From Alphaproteobacteria bacterium (GTDB lineage Bacteria; Pseudomonadota; Alphaproteobacteria; UBA6615), in assembly GCA_028822385.1 (NCBI GenBank), contig JAPKDV010000002.1:1-56007 (forward strand): 56,007 bases of DNA. The letters are read 5' to 3'. A model generated the notes under the pieces. It saw only the letters and a list, made by a program, of their open reading frames with translations, was not told where the DNA came from and did not search any database. Shown in pieces: positions 47,424 through 56,007 of this stretch. Every line of letters starts with the position of its first letter. The first letter of the stretch is position 1. The translations under genes were made by a program, and so were the position numbers.

Positions 47424-49139
47424 TTAGTTGGCCTGACGGCGTAGAAATGCCGGAATTTCAAGCATGTCTTCTTCTTTACTTGCGCTCTGCCGCGGCTTTG
47501 CGGGCTTGATGTCCTCAAGGCTCTGTTGTGCAGGGGCAACCCGCTTGGCTGCGATTAGTTCCAGGCCCTCAGCAACGATCGGTTTTGTGACCGCAACAAG
47601 TTCCGATGTGGCTTTTGCTTCCGGTGCGAGTTCTGCCTCTATGGGAGTAGCTGGTGACGAGGCAACCGTTGGTGATTTTAATGCGATAGGTTCGCGTCGT
47701 TTAGTTGCCTCCGGCTTGTCGTCAGTCTGTTCTTCGGCCATGGCACGATTGACGGCACCTGTGACCTTCTGGAAGAGGCTGCGTCCGCGATGGCGTTCTG
47801 CCTGAACGCCGGCATTCGTGATGTCCGCTTCGGCAAAGGCGTCGGCCTTGCGAGGCTGAGCTGCTGCATCGACTTGTCGTTCGACAGCAGCGGGTTTCGG
47901 GGGAATGAAGGCTGCGATGGTCGACGGAGCCGAACCATCCGTCTCTTCCGGCCATTTCATAGTGATCGAGGGTTCGGCCTCTTCTTTGATGGCTGGTGTT
48001 GGTGTCTCTGCAACAGCAGGCGCTTCTGTGAAAACTTCTGGATTTCTTTTCTCGGAGACTACTTCCGCTATCGTGTTTTGGACGATGTCTTCGGTTCCAG
48101 TCTTTTGTGCTTTTAACTGATCGGCGTCATGAATTAGAGAAATCTGTGATGGACGTGGCAATGAGCTGGCATCTGCGTCGATTCCAGTGGCGACAATCGA
48201 AACCCGCATGGTTCCTTCCATGTTCTGATCTAAGGACGTCCCGAAGATGATGTTGGCATCGGCATCCACTTCTTCGCGGATGCGATTTGCGGCTTCGTCA
48301 ACCTCGAACAGTGTCATGTCCGGACCACCGGTGATGTTGATTAGAACACCGCGTGCGCCGCGCATCGACACGTCATCGAGCAAAGGATTTGCGATTGCAG
48401 CTTCGGCAGATTCAATGGCCCGTCTATCACCACCGGCTTCACCAGTACCCATCATCGCCTTGCCCATTTCGCTCATCACTGTTCGGATATCAGCAAAATC
48501 GAGATTTATAAGACCAGGCATTATCATCAGATCTGTTACACCACGTACGCCTGAATGGAGAACGTTGTCGGCCATGCAAAAAGCGTCAGCGAAGGTAGTG
48601 TTCTCGTTGCATATCCGAAAGAGGTTCTGGTTCGGGATCACTATCAACGTATCGACGAAGTGTTGCAGCTCTTCGATGCCTTCATCAGCGAGGGTGGCAC
48701 GATGACGTCCTTCGAACTGGAACGGCTTGGTCACAACACCAACTGTCAGGATGCCCTGCTCGCGTGCTGCGCGGGCGATGACCGGAGCGGCCCCGGTGCC
48801 CGTACCGCCACCCATGCCGGCTGCAATGAACGCCATATGGCTGCCCTGCAGGTGATCAATTATTTCGTCGAGAGCCTCTTCGGCAGCGGCGCGCCCAATA
48901 TCGGGACGGGCACCGGCGCCAAGGCCGCTGGTGATATTGGCCCCGAGCTGAATACGGCGTTCAGACGAATTCATTGCTAAAGACTGCGCATCGGTGTTTG
49001 CGACGACGAATTCAACGCCTTCGAGATTAGAAGCGATCATGTTGTTGACTGCGTTAGAACCGGCACCGCCGACGCCAACGACAACAATGCGTGGCTTCAG
49101 TTGAGATTCCGGGGGGGGAGCTGTGAGGTTAAGCGTCAT
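47424..49139 (-). CDS. ftsZ: Cell division protein FtsZ
   Basis: [28 protein letters not shown]. Long disordered linker and a C-terminal peptide [17 protein letters not shown] 49139 with GGAGGA upstream. Confidence 0.95.
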   Translation of the reverse strand: MTLNLTAPPPESQLKPRIVVVGVGGAGSNAVNNMIASNLEGVEFVVANTDAQSLAMNSSERRIQLGANITSGLGAGARPDIGRAAAEEALDEIIDHLQGSHMAFIAAGMGGGTGTGAAPVIARAAREQGILTVGVVTKPFQFEGRHRATLADEGIEELQHFVDTLIVIPNQNLFRICNENTTFADAFCMADNVLHSGVRGVTDLMIMPGLINLDFADIRTVMSEMGKAMMGTGEAGGDRRAIESAEAAIANPLLDDVSMRGARGVLINITGGPDMTLFEVDEAANRIREEVDADANIIFGTSLDQNMEGTMRVSIVATGIDADASSLPRPSQISLIHDADQLKAQKTGTEDIVQNTIAEVVSEKRNPEVFTEAPAVAETPTPAIKEEAEPSITMKWPEETDGSAPSTIAAFIPPKPAAVERQVDAAAQPRKADAFAEADITNAGVQAERHRGRSLFQKVTGAVNRAMAEEQTDDKPEATKRREPIALKSPTVASSPATPIEAELAPEAKATSELVAVTKPIVAEGLELIAAKRVAPAQQSLEDIKPAKPRQSASKEEDMLEIPAFLRRQAN

Positions 49140-49182
49140 GTGATCCTCCAGGTGATCGTGTCGAGAGACAAGGGGAGAGAAA

Positions 49183-49217
49183 GGCCATACATGGCCGGAA
49201 CGGCAACCCACCGTTCC
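49183..49217 (-). promoter_or_regulatory. Two adjacent hairpins in the ftsA-ftsZ intergenic region
   Basis: On the minus-strand RNA: GGAACGG-ugggulg-CCGUUCC written as GGAACGG-uggguug-CCGUUCC (7 bp), immediately followed by GGCC-auguau-GGCC and a pyrimidine run UUUCUCUCCCCUU. Lies 44-78 nt upstream of the ftsZ ATG. Confidence 0.35.
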
Positions 49218-49261
49218 GAACTATGTCGAAACTCTGGGTCTGGGATGAGGGAAGCTGGTTT

Positions 49262-50599
49262 CTAGAAATGTTCACGGAACCATTGACCAAGCCGCCCTGT
49301 AAGGCTTCCTGGCTCCCCATATTGCAAAGATGTCGGCATCGTCAGGGACGATGGGTTTTCAATCGCATGCGCGATCAGGCCGGCACCGGTTGCGAACGCG
49401 GGACCGGCGATGGCTTCCGCGAGACCGCGAATGCGCAAGGGCCGACCCATACGAACCTGTTTGTCGAGAATGCGCACCGCGAGATCACGTGCGCCTTGAA
49501 GCTGGCTGGCACCGCCAGTCAAAACCACCCGCCGCCCGGCATAGGGGCCAAAGCCGCTATCATCGAGGCGAGCTCGAACGAGCTCAAAGGTTTCCTCAAT
49601 GCGCGGCTGGATGATGCCGTTTAGAAGCGACCGTGGAAGCTGATGCGCCGCGGCATGTTCGTCCTCGCCGACCTGTGGCACATCGAGCATCTCGTGCTCA
49701 TCGGATTCCGTAGCAATGGCGTTGCCAAAAAGTGTCTTGAGGCGTTCGGCGTTTGCGATTGGAGTCGAAAGCCCACGTGCGACGTCAGATGTTACATGAT
49801 TACCACCAACCGGGATGGTGTCGGCAAAGACCATTTCGCCGTCATAGAAGATCGAGATCCCAGTGGTGCCGCCGCCCATGTCGACCACAGTGACGCCGAG
49901 ATCGGATTCATCCTCGACCAGGGTGGAAAGACCGGCAGCATAGGGGGAGAGAACGAAGCCATCGATTTCTAGATGGCAGCGCTCCACAGCAGCACGAATG
50001 GTGCGCACGGCGTTGGACGAAGCTGACACCAGATGCATGTTTACGGACAGCTGCTTTCCGAACATCCCGCGTGGGTCTGCGATACCCTGTTGTCCGTCGA
50101 TGGAGAATCCGACGGGAATTGAGTGAATTAGTTCACGATCTTTACCGTTGCCATTAGTCTGACCGTTAGAGCCTTCGCGGATCGTATGGGTTTGCTGAAA
50201 AATCCGGTGCAAATCAGATTCATCGATCTGTTGTCCGCCGATATCTACGTCCACGCCGAGTATTTCAGAGTGGGGTGCCCCGGCACTGAGATTAACAGTT
50301 ACGGAGCTGATAGTTTCCTGAGCGATCTGTTCTGCCATATGGACTGCCTTGCGGATAGCGTCCTCTGTGGCGTCTACGTCAACGATGGTGCCATTTCGAA
50401 CCCCGCGACTAACTTGGTGCCCGGCACCAATTACGCGCGGTTGGGACGAGTTGGCATTCGAACCGTCCGGAGAGGGTCGTCCAGTACGTGCAATTAGGCA
50501 GCAAACCTTGCTGGTGCCAATATCGAGCACGGCAACGGTGCCTGACCTGGGCTTGGTCAGTTTGCGTGTCACGCTGCCTGTCCCCCAATCGACGCTCAT
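49262..50599 (-). CDS. ftsA: Cell division protein FtsA
   Basis: Actin-fold motifs VLDIGTSKV, VVDMGGGTT, VLTGGASQL. The start overlaps the ftsQ stop (4 nt). Confidence 0.95.
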   Translation of the reverse strand: MSVDWGTGSVTRKLTKPRSGTVAVLDIGTSKVCCLIARTGRPSPDGSNANSSQPRVIGAGHQVSRGVRNGTIVDVDATEDAIRKAVHMAEQIAQETISSVTVNLSAGAPHSEILGVDVDIGGQQIDESDLHRIFQQTHTIREGSNGQTNGNGKDRELIHSIPVGFSIDGQQGIADPRGMFGKQLSVNMHLVSASSNAVRTIRAAVERCHLEIDGFVLSPYAAGLSTLVEDESDLGVTVVDMGGGTTGISIFYDGEMVFADTIPVGGNHVTSDVARGLSTPIANAERLKTLFGNAIATESDEHEMLDVPQVGEDEHAAAHQLPRSLLNGIIQPRIEETFELVRARLDDSGFGPYAGRRVVLTGGASQLQGARDLAVRILDKQVRMGRPLRIRGLAEAIAGPAFATGAGLIAHAIENPSSLTMPTSLQYGEPGSLTGRLGQWFREHF

Positions 50600-51444
50600 G
50601 TGTCTTTCTCTCCGATCTTTCGAGCTTTGACTGTATTTGGGTTCACACGAAATATCAGGCGGTCGGGCACTCGCAAGTCGACAGCGATCACATCGCGGTC
50701 GAAGAGTGAGTGCTCACGTTGAAATTCCTCAAGACGATCAAGTGCGATCGCTATGTTTTTTTCCGGCAGGCGCACATCGATGCCGCCGGTTAGGCGGAGG
50801 TTCCAGCGTCGATCGGAGACACGTACAGCGGATTCAGTGGCTCGGGCCACTGCGGGGTAGACGTTGAGTAGGTCAAGCAGCTGGGCTGCACGTTCCGGCG
50901 CACCTTCCCCAACGATAAGCGGAAAATCACCGAACGCATCAAGTCCGCTACGCTGAATAATTTCGCCGTCGCGAGCGACCAGTGCGGACTTGCCGTCATG
51001 TTGCCAAACCGCAAGCGGCTTGCGTTCGACAACGCGAACAAAGATGACGTCGGGCAGTCGCCGGGCGATTTCAGCGGAAGCGATCCAGCCGAGGGATTCG
51101 ATACGCTCCCGTGCTTCGTCTATGTCGACTGAGAAAATCGGGCTTCCGCGCTGAAGATTGAGGGCTGATAGAATCTCTTCGGCATTTGCGCGTGTGCGGC
51201 CAGTCAGCACGACGTCCTGAACCCGCAAACCGGCAGAAGCCGTCGCGTTCATAAATGCGGTGTTGGCGGCTTCCAACTGTGCGGAAACCCATCCGCTTGA
51301 CGTCAGATACCAACCCCCCAGACCAACAGCGCCAACTATCGCTGTCACGAAACCTGTTGTGATCAGCGCACAACGCAGCCTATCGCCTTTTTGACGCCGC
51401 TTTGTGCGATTGGTTTTCTTGAACAAACTCGGCATCAATCGCAT
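50596..51444 (-). CDS. ftsQ: Cell division protein FtsQ
   Basis: Basic N-terminus, one TM segment (LITTGFVTAIVGAVGLGGWYL), and POTRA plus FtsQ domains. Start at ATG 51444 or 51435; the 340-aa track ORF runs into ddl and is trimmed. Confidence 0.8.
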   Translation of the reverse strand: MRLMPSLFKKTNRTKRRQKGDRLRCALITTGFVTAIVGAVGLGGWYLTSSGWVSAQLEAANTAFMNATASAGLRVQDVVLTGRTRANAEEILSALNLQRGSPIFSVDIDEARERIESLGWIASAEIARRLPDVIFVRVVERKPLAVWQHDGKSALVARDGEIIQRSGLDAFGDFPLIVGEGAPERAAQLLDLLNVYPAVARATESAVRVSDRRWNLRLTGGIDVRLPEKNIAIALDRLEEFQREHSLFDRDVIAVDLRVPDRLIFRVNPNTVKARKIGEKDT

Positions 51445-52361
51445 CGCGCCGTCTCCACCATCCAACTTACCAATTCTGGAAATGAGATTCCGCAATAGTC
51501 CGCTTGTTCGGGTACAAGCGAGAGCCGCGTCATGCCCGGTTGTGTGTTCAGCTCGAGGATCACAAGTGCTTCGCGGGTGTAGTCGTAGCGGAAGTCTGCA
51601 CGTGTTACGCCGCGGCAATCGAGTACCTTGTGTGCTCGCGCTGCCCAGTCCATGGCTTTAGCGCCGAGGTCTGCGGAAACAGGCGCAGGTACCAGGTGCT
51701 GGGTAACCCCGTCCGTGTATTTGGCTTCGTAGTCATAGAACCCGTTGGCAGTTCGTAGTTCAGTTACGGCGAGAGGCTTTGGCTCCTCACCTGTAGCGCC
51801 CATGACGGCAACCGTCAGTTCACGACCGGGAATAAACTCTTCGACCAACAACATGTCCGCATTGATGCCGCCGGGATCGGGGCCGTTGTCACCATCCTGG
51901 ATAATCTGGATGCCGACCGATGAACCTTCATTGTTCGGCTTCACCACATATGGGCGCGGGAGCACGTCACCCGCAAGAATTTCGTCACGGCTAGCGAGGC
52001 GGCCTTTGGCTACTGTCATACCTTCTTTTTCAAAAATCGCTCGTGCGACGGCCTTGTCCATGGCCAGCGCGGAGGCGAGGAGACCGGAATGAGTGTAGGG
52101 AATCTGGAGTAGGTTAAGGAGACCCTGAATATTGCCGTCTTCACCGGCGCGACCGTGCAGGGCGTTGAACACAGCATCTGGGCGCGGTGTGAGCGCGGTC
52201 AGAAGTAAATTGATATCGGCGGTTACATCAACTTCTCGTACGTCATAGCCGGCGCCGCGCAATGCCTGAGCGCACTGGCATCCGGATTCGAGAGATACGT
52301 CCCGCTCTGCCGACGTTCCGCCCATCAGAACGGCGATCTGCTGGTGGGTGCGTTCGGTCAT
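51435..52361 (-). CDS. ddl: D-alanine--D-alanine ligase
   Basis: VLMGGTSAEREVSL-type N-terminus, ALHGRAGEDGNIQG, ATP-grasp segments EEFIPGRELTV and LELNTQPGMT. Confidence 0.95.
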   Translation of the reverse strand: MTERTHQQIAVLMGGTSAERDVSLESGCQCAQALRGAGYDVREVDVTADINLLLTALTPRPDAVFNALHGRAGEDGNIQGLLNLLQIPYTHSGLLASALAMDKAVARAIFEKEGMTVAKGRLASRDEILAGDVLPRPYVVKPNNEGSSVGIQIIQDGDNGPDPGGINADMLLVEEFIPGRELTVAVMGATGEEPKPLAVTELRTANGFYDYEAKYTDGVTQHLVPAPVSADLGAKAMDWAARAHKVLDCRGVTRADFRYDYTREALVILELNTQPGMTRLSLVPEQADYCGISFPELVSWMVETARCD

Positions 52362-53293
52362 GCTTCGCCTGCACTGGGGTTACCGATGCGCTCTAGTTCC
52401 CAGACTAGTTCGATACCGCTGCACTCGCGTACGCGGCGGCGTACTTCTTCGCCAAGGCCTTCGATATCAGCAGCGGTTGCCCCGCCGGTGTTGACCAGGA
52501 AGTTGCAATGCTTTTTGGACACTTGCGCGCCGCCGAGTTGCAGCCCGCGGCAACCAGCTTTGTCGACCAGCTCCCAGGCTTTGTGTCCGTTCGGATTCTT
52601 GAAGGTGCTACCGCCGGTACGGGTGCGGATCGGTTGGGTCTCCTCGCGGGATTCCTGAACCAACTCCATCGCTTTGGTGATTTCGTCCCGGTTGCCCCAG
52701 ACGCCGTTCATCACACAGCCTACGAAAATCCAGTCTGATGAAACCCCCGAGCCGCGATAGCGCGGTCCCCAGTCTTCCGGCGTCAAGACACGGGTCTCGC
52801 CATGTGAAGTGAGTGCAGTAGCCTCTTGGACAACGTCCTTAAATTCGCGGCCATAGGCACCCGCGTTCATGCGCAATCCGCCACCGACCGAGCCGGGAAT
52901 ACCGGCCATAAACTCGAACCCGGCAATACCGGCATCGCGGGCGATCTTGGCGACGTTGTAGTCGAGCGCCATAGCACCGGCCTGAATGTTGGTGCTGTCG
53001 CAACGTATATTTGCAAATGGGCGTCCCAGTCGGATCACCACACCGGGTACGCCGCCATCTCGGATCAGTAGATTTGAACCGGCACCCAGCAGTGTGACGG
53101 GAATATCATCGGGCTTTCCGGCGAGGAAATTTGCGAGATCGGTAACATCTGCTGGACGGAACAAAATTTCGGCGGAGCCGCCGGTGCGGAACCAAGTGTA
53201 GCGCGCGATTCCGCCATCGGGTTCGTAACGGCCACGCACAGGAGGAAGCCGGTGGAGCAGATAGGGAGGGCTTGAGAAAGCGGCCATGGTCAT
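52358..53293 (-). CDS. murB: UDP-N-acetylenolpyruvoylglucosamine reductase
   Basis: FAD-binding [17 protein letters not shown]-terminal GSTFKNP...[22 protein letters not shown]. Confidence 0.95.
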   Translation of the reverse strand: MTMAAFSSPPYLLHRLPPVRGRYEPDGGIARYTWFRTGGSAEILFRPADVTDLANFLAGKPDDIPVTLLGAGSNLLIRDGGVPGVVIRLGRPFANIRCDSTNIQAGAMALDYNVAKIARDAGIAGFEFMAGIPGSVGGGLRMNAGAYGREFKDVVQEATALTSHGETRVLTPEDWGPRYRGSGVSSDWIFVGCVMNGVWGNRDEITKAMELVQESREETQPIRTRTGGSTFKNPNGHKAWELVDKAGCRGLQLGGAQVSKKHCNFLVNTGGATAADIEGLGEEVRRRVRECSGIELVWELERIGNPSAGEA

Positions 53294-54720
53294 CCCTGAG
53301 TCCCCGTGCTGCGTGAGACGAGTGGAACTAGATCTTCGGGCAGCTTCTGCGCCCAGGCTGTGATCGTACCCGCGCCTAGGAAGACAACCATGTCGCCATC
53401 TGTCGCGGTGGATGCGATTAGTTCGGCGAGCTGGTCGGGATCGGGGAGGGGCCGGACATCCCGGTGACCACGAGCGCGAAGCCCGTCCACCAGTGCTTCA
53501 CGGTCCACTCCCTCGATCGCGGCCTCGCCGGCCGGGTAAATGTCCGACACGTAAACAATGTCCGCGTCGTTGAAACAGGTGCAGAAGTCGTCAAACAGGC
53601 TTTCGACCCGGGAATAGCGATGGGGCTGGAACACGCTGATCACACGACCATCCGTTGCCGAACGCGCTGCGTCGAGCACGGCCTCGATTTCTACCGGGTG
53701 ATGGCCGTAGTCGTCGATGACCGTGATGCCGCCGGCCTCACCAGTTTTGGTGAAACGTCGGTTCACACCCTTAAAGGCGGTGAAACCGTCCCGGATTACG
53801 TCGTCGGAAACGTCCATCTCAAGCGCGATAGTTACGGCGGCGAGGGCGTTTTGTGCGTTGTGCGCACCATACATTGGTAGTCGCAGGCCCTCGATGACCC
53901 GGGCCTCGCCACTGCCACGCTGGGCCACGGTGACATCAAATGTCAGTCCATCCTTATTGGTCTGCAGATTGATACCCCGCACATCGGCCTGGCGGGTGAA
54001 GCCATAGGTGATAATCCTACGATCCATCAGTTGCGGGATCAGCGCCCGAACCTCGGGATGGTCGATGCACATCGCGGCGAAGCCGTAGAACGGGATATTC
54101 GAAACGAAAGTCTTGAAGGCCTCACGCACGTCATCAAACGTGCCGTAGAAATCGAGATGCTCGGGATCGATGTTTGTGACAACCGCGATCGCAGCGGGCA
54201 GCTTGGTGAAGGTGCCGTCGGATTCGTCCGCTTCCACCACCATCCATTCACCCTCACCGAGCCGGGCGTTCGTGCCATAGGCGTTGATGATCCCGCCATT
54301 GATAACGGTAGGGTCCTGATTAGCCGCATCAAGCATACAGGCGATCAGTGATGTGGTGGTTGTCTTGCCATGGGTGCCGCCCACAGCGATAGACCATTTC
54401 AGGCGCATCAGTTCGGCAAGCATCTCCGCGCGACGTACAACCGGGATCAGCCGGGCGCGCGCGGCAACAACTTCGGGATTGTCGGCTTTGACAGCTGTGG
54501 AAACGACCACCACCTGAGAGTTTTTGATGTTCTCGGCGCGATGCCCGATTTCTACGCTGATCCGGAGGTCACGCAGACGGCGCACATTAGCATTGTCGGA
54601 AATATCGCTGCCCTGCACCTGATAGCCGAGCGCATGCAGGGTCTCTGCGATCCCGCTCATACCGATGCCGCCGATGCCGACAAAATGAATCATACCGATG
54701 TCGAGAGGAAGGATTCTCAT
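53290..54720 (-). CDS. murC: UDP-N-acetylmuramate--L-alanine ligase
   Basis: [33 protein letters not shown]. Confidence 0.95.
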   Translation of the reverse strand: MRILPLDIGMIHFVGIGGIGMSGIAETLHALGYQVQGSDISDNANVRRLRDLRISVEIGHRAENIKNSQVVVVSTAVKADNPEVVAARARLIPVVRRAEMLAELMRLKWSIAVGGTHGKTTTTSLIACMLDAANQDPTVINGGIINAYGTNARLGEGEWMVVEADESDGTFTKLPAAIAVVTNIDPEHLDFYGTFDDVREAFKTFVSNIPFYGFAAMCIDHPEVRALIPQLMDRRIITYGFTRQADVRGINLQTNKDGLTFDVTVAQRGSGEARVIEGLRLPMYGAHNAQNALAAVTIALEMDVSDDVIRDGFTAFKGVNRRFTKTGEAGGITVIDDYGHHPVEIEAVLDAARSATDGRVISVFQPHRYSRVESLFDDFCTCFNDADIVYVSDIYPAGEAAIEGVDREALVDGLRARGHRDVRPLPDPDQLAELIASTATDGDMVVFLGAGTITAWAQKLPEDLVPLVSRSTGTQG

Positions 54721-55874
54721 TCTGCAGCCTCCCGGAGCTCGGGAAGGTCGGCACCGTTTCCGTTACCATTGGCGGGAATAATATGTTCGACAAGATCGGC
54801 GAGACGGTCGGCGGCATCTGGATGGCCAAGCGCGTGTGCGGATGATGCGACGCGGGCCAATGCTTCAGAGGATTCGAGCGCAGCCTCCAACCAGCCCGCC
54901 ATCGCCGCTGGTGTGAATTCGCTCTGACTCATGACCCAGCCGGCGCCCGCTGCTTCGACGGCGCGCGCGTTGGCCATCTGGTGGTCGTCGGCAGCGTGGG
55001 GATAGGGAATGTAGAGCGCAGGTCGACCTGCGGCGGTCAGTTCCGCGACCGTTGAGGCGCCGGATCGCCCAACCACGAGATGGGCAGCGGCAAGCCGTGT
55101 GGGAATGTCTTCGAAAAAGGTCTGGGTTTCAACGGGCATGTTCATTTCTGCATAGGCTTTGCGTACGGCCTCGATGTCTTCCGCACGGCACTGTTGGGCG
55201 ATACGGAAGCGCGCTCGTTGCGGTGCAGAAAGAGATTTGAAGGCAGCGGGTACGATTTTCGAGAATACCTGAGCACCCTGGCTGCCACCTATAATTAGCA
55301 GGTCGATTACGCCACTTGGCGGTGTGTAGGGACGTGCGGCGAGGGCTGCTATATCGGCGCGGACCGGATTGCCAACCACGGAGGAAAGTGTACGTCCGGC
55401 GGATTTCAGGCGCTGGGTCTGGGCGAAGCTGAGCGCAAAGGCGCTTGCACCGCGCGCAAGCCGCCGATTAGCACGACCGAGAAGAGCATTCTGTTCGTGG
55501 ATGACTGTGGGAAGTCCGGCCATGCCCGATGCCAGGATCGGGGGCACTGTGGGGTATCCACCAAAACCAACTGCGACACAGGGATTGTGTTCACGTATCA
55601 GACGACGGGATTCAAAGAACCCCCGTGCCAACGCGCTGACACCAGCGACAAATCCTTTGATTCCTCCGGACAAGCTGCGGGCGGAAATTGTGTGCCGGAC
55701 CACGCCATCGGCCAGGCCGAGAACATCGCCCGCTAAAGCCGCACCGCGTGGGTCAGTTGCGAACAAGACATTGTATCCGCGTGCACGGAGCACATTAGCC
55801 AGTGAAACAGCCGGGAACATGTGCCCGCCGGTACCACCGGCTGAGATAAGGACGGGGCGTGAGGTGCTGTTCAT
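54717..55874 (-). CDS. murG: Undecaprenyldiphospho-muramoylpentapeptide beta-N-acetylglucosaminyltransferase
   Basis: [43 protein letters not shown]. Confidence 0.95.
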   Translation of the reverse strand: MNSTSRPVLISAGGTGGHMFPAVSLANVLRARGYNVLFATDPRGAALAGDVLGLADGVVRHTISARSLSGGIKGFVAGVSALARGFFESRRLIREHNPCVAVGFGGYPTVPPILASGMAGLPTVIHEQNALLGRANRRLARGASAFALSFAQTQRLKSAGRTLSSVVGNPVRADIAALAARPYTPPSGVIDLLIIGGSQGAQVFSKIVPAAFKSLSAPQRARFRIAQQCRAEDIEAVRKAYAEMNMPVETQTFFEDIPTRLAAAHLVVGRSGASTVAELTAAGRPALYIPYPHAADDHQMANARAVEAAGAGWVMSQSEFTPAAMAGWLEAALESSEALARVASSAHALGHPDAADRLADLVEHIIPANGNGNGADLPELREAAE

Positions 55875-56007
55875 ATCCGCCCCTCCGAACCCAGTCGTCG
55901 TCGCGTTAAGGCTAGGGTCATGCCCAGTCCAACACCAATGCTCAGAAGCGAAGAGCCGCCATAGCTGATGAAGGGCAGGGTCATGCCCTTGGTCGGGATG
56001 AGCTGCA
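55871..56007 (-). CDS. ftsW: Cell division protein FtsW (SEDS family), 3' end only (window edge)
   Basis: My own translation of the minus strand gives [44 protein letters not shown]. The stop overlaps the murG start (ATGA). Not in the ORF track because it is under 60 aa. Confidence 0.8.
   Translation of the reverse strand, partial: QLIPTKGMTLPFISYGGSSLLSIGVGLGMTLALTRRRLGSEGRI

Overview
This is a 56-kb chromosomal window with about 52 protein-coding genes. It is most likely from an alphaproteobacterium; I infer that from gene order and families, not from any search. I recognised no rRNA, tRNA, CRISPR array, transposase or integrase.

Layout:
- 45.3-56.0 kb, minus strand: the distal dcw (division / cell wall) cluster, ftsW' (partial)-murG-murC-murB-ddl-ftsQ-ftsA-ftsZ, followed by lpxC-bamD-recN-[DMT transporter]-ligA.
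- 15-45 kb: mostly housekeeping. It holds a queuosine block (yhhQ / queA-queF-queG), a tandem YciI protein, ettA, mlaC-mlaA, a SahR-like regulator with metF and a two-gene split metH, uvrD-prmA, a GMC oxidoreductase plus cupin, and pepP with a FAD monooxygenase and a thioesterase.
- 28.4-31.5 kb: a small accessory patch. It has a truncated signal-peptide ORF, a cupin gene killed by an amber codon at its metal-binding Glu, and an AtzD/barbiturase-family ring-opening amidohydrolase paired with an amidase.
- 0-15 kb: an accessory-looking catabolic region. It starts with a flavin reductase, a hemerythrin-like protein and a decayed sthA-like remnant. An IclR regulator with a split ComDE-like TPP (thiamine pyrophosphate) decarboxylase and a beta-hydroxyacid dehydrogenase follows. 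Next is an eight-gene minus-strand operon: LLM (luciferase-like) monooxygenase, 2OG/Fe(II) oxygenase, crotonase-fold enzyme, split B12 acyl-CoA mutase, family III CoA-transferase, MeaB and SMP-30 lactonase. Opposite it sit a citryl-CoA-lyase-like protein and a PaaK-like ligase.

Best candidate for an undescribed system: the mutase operon. It looks like a 'sleeping-beauty-mutase'-type module (CoA transfer, 1,2-rearrangement, decarboxylation) with altered mutase pocket residues, fused to oxygenases and a lactonase. I cannot match it to any described pathway.

All functional calls come from reading the translated ORFs for family motifs; no database search was run.
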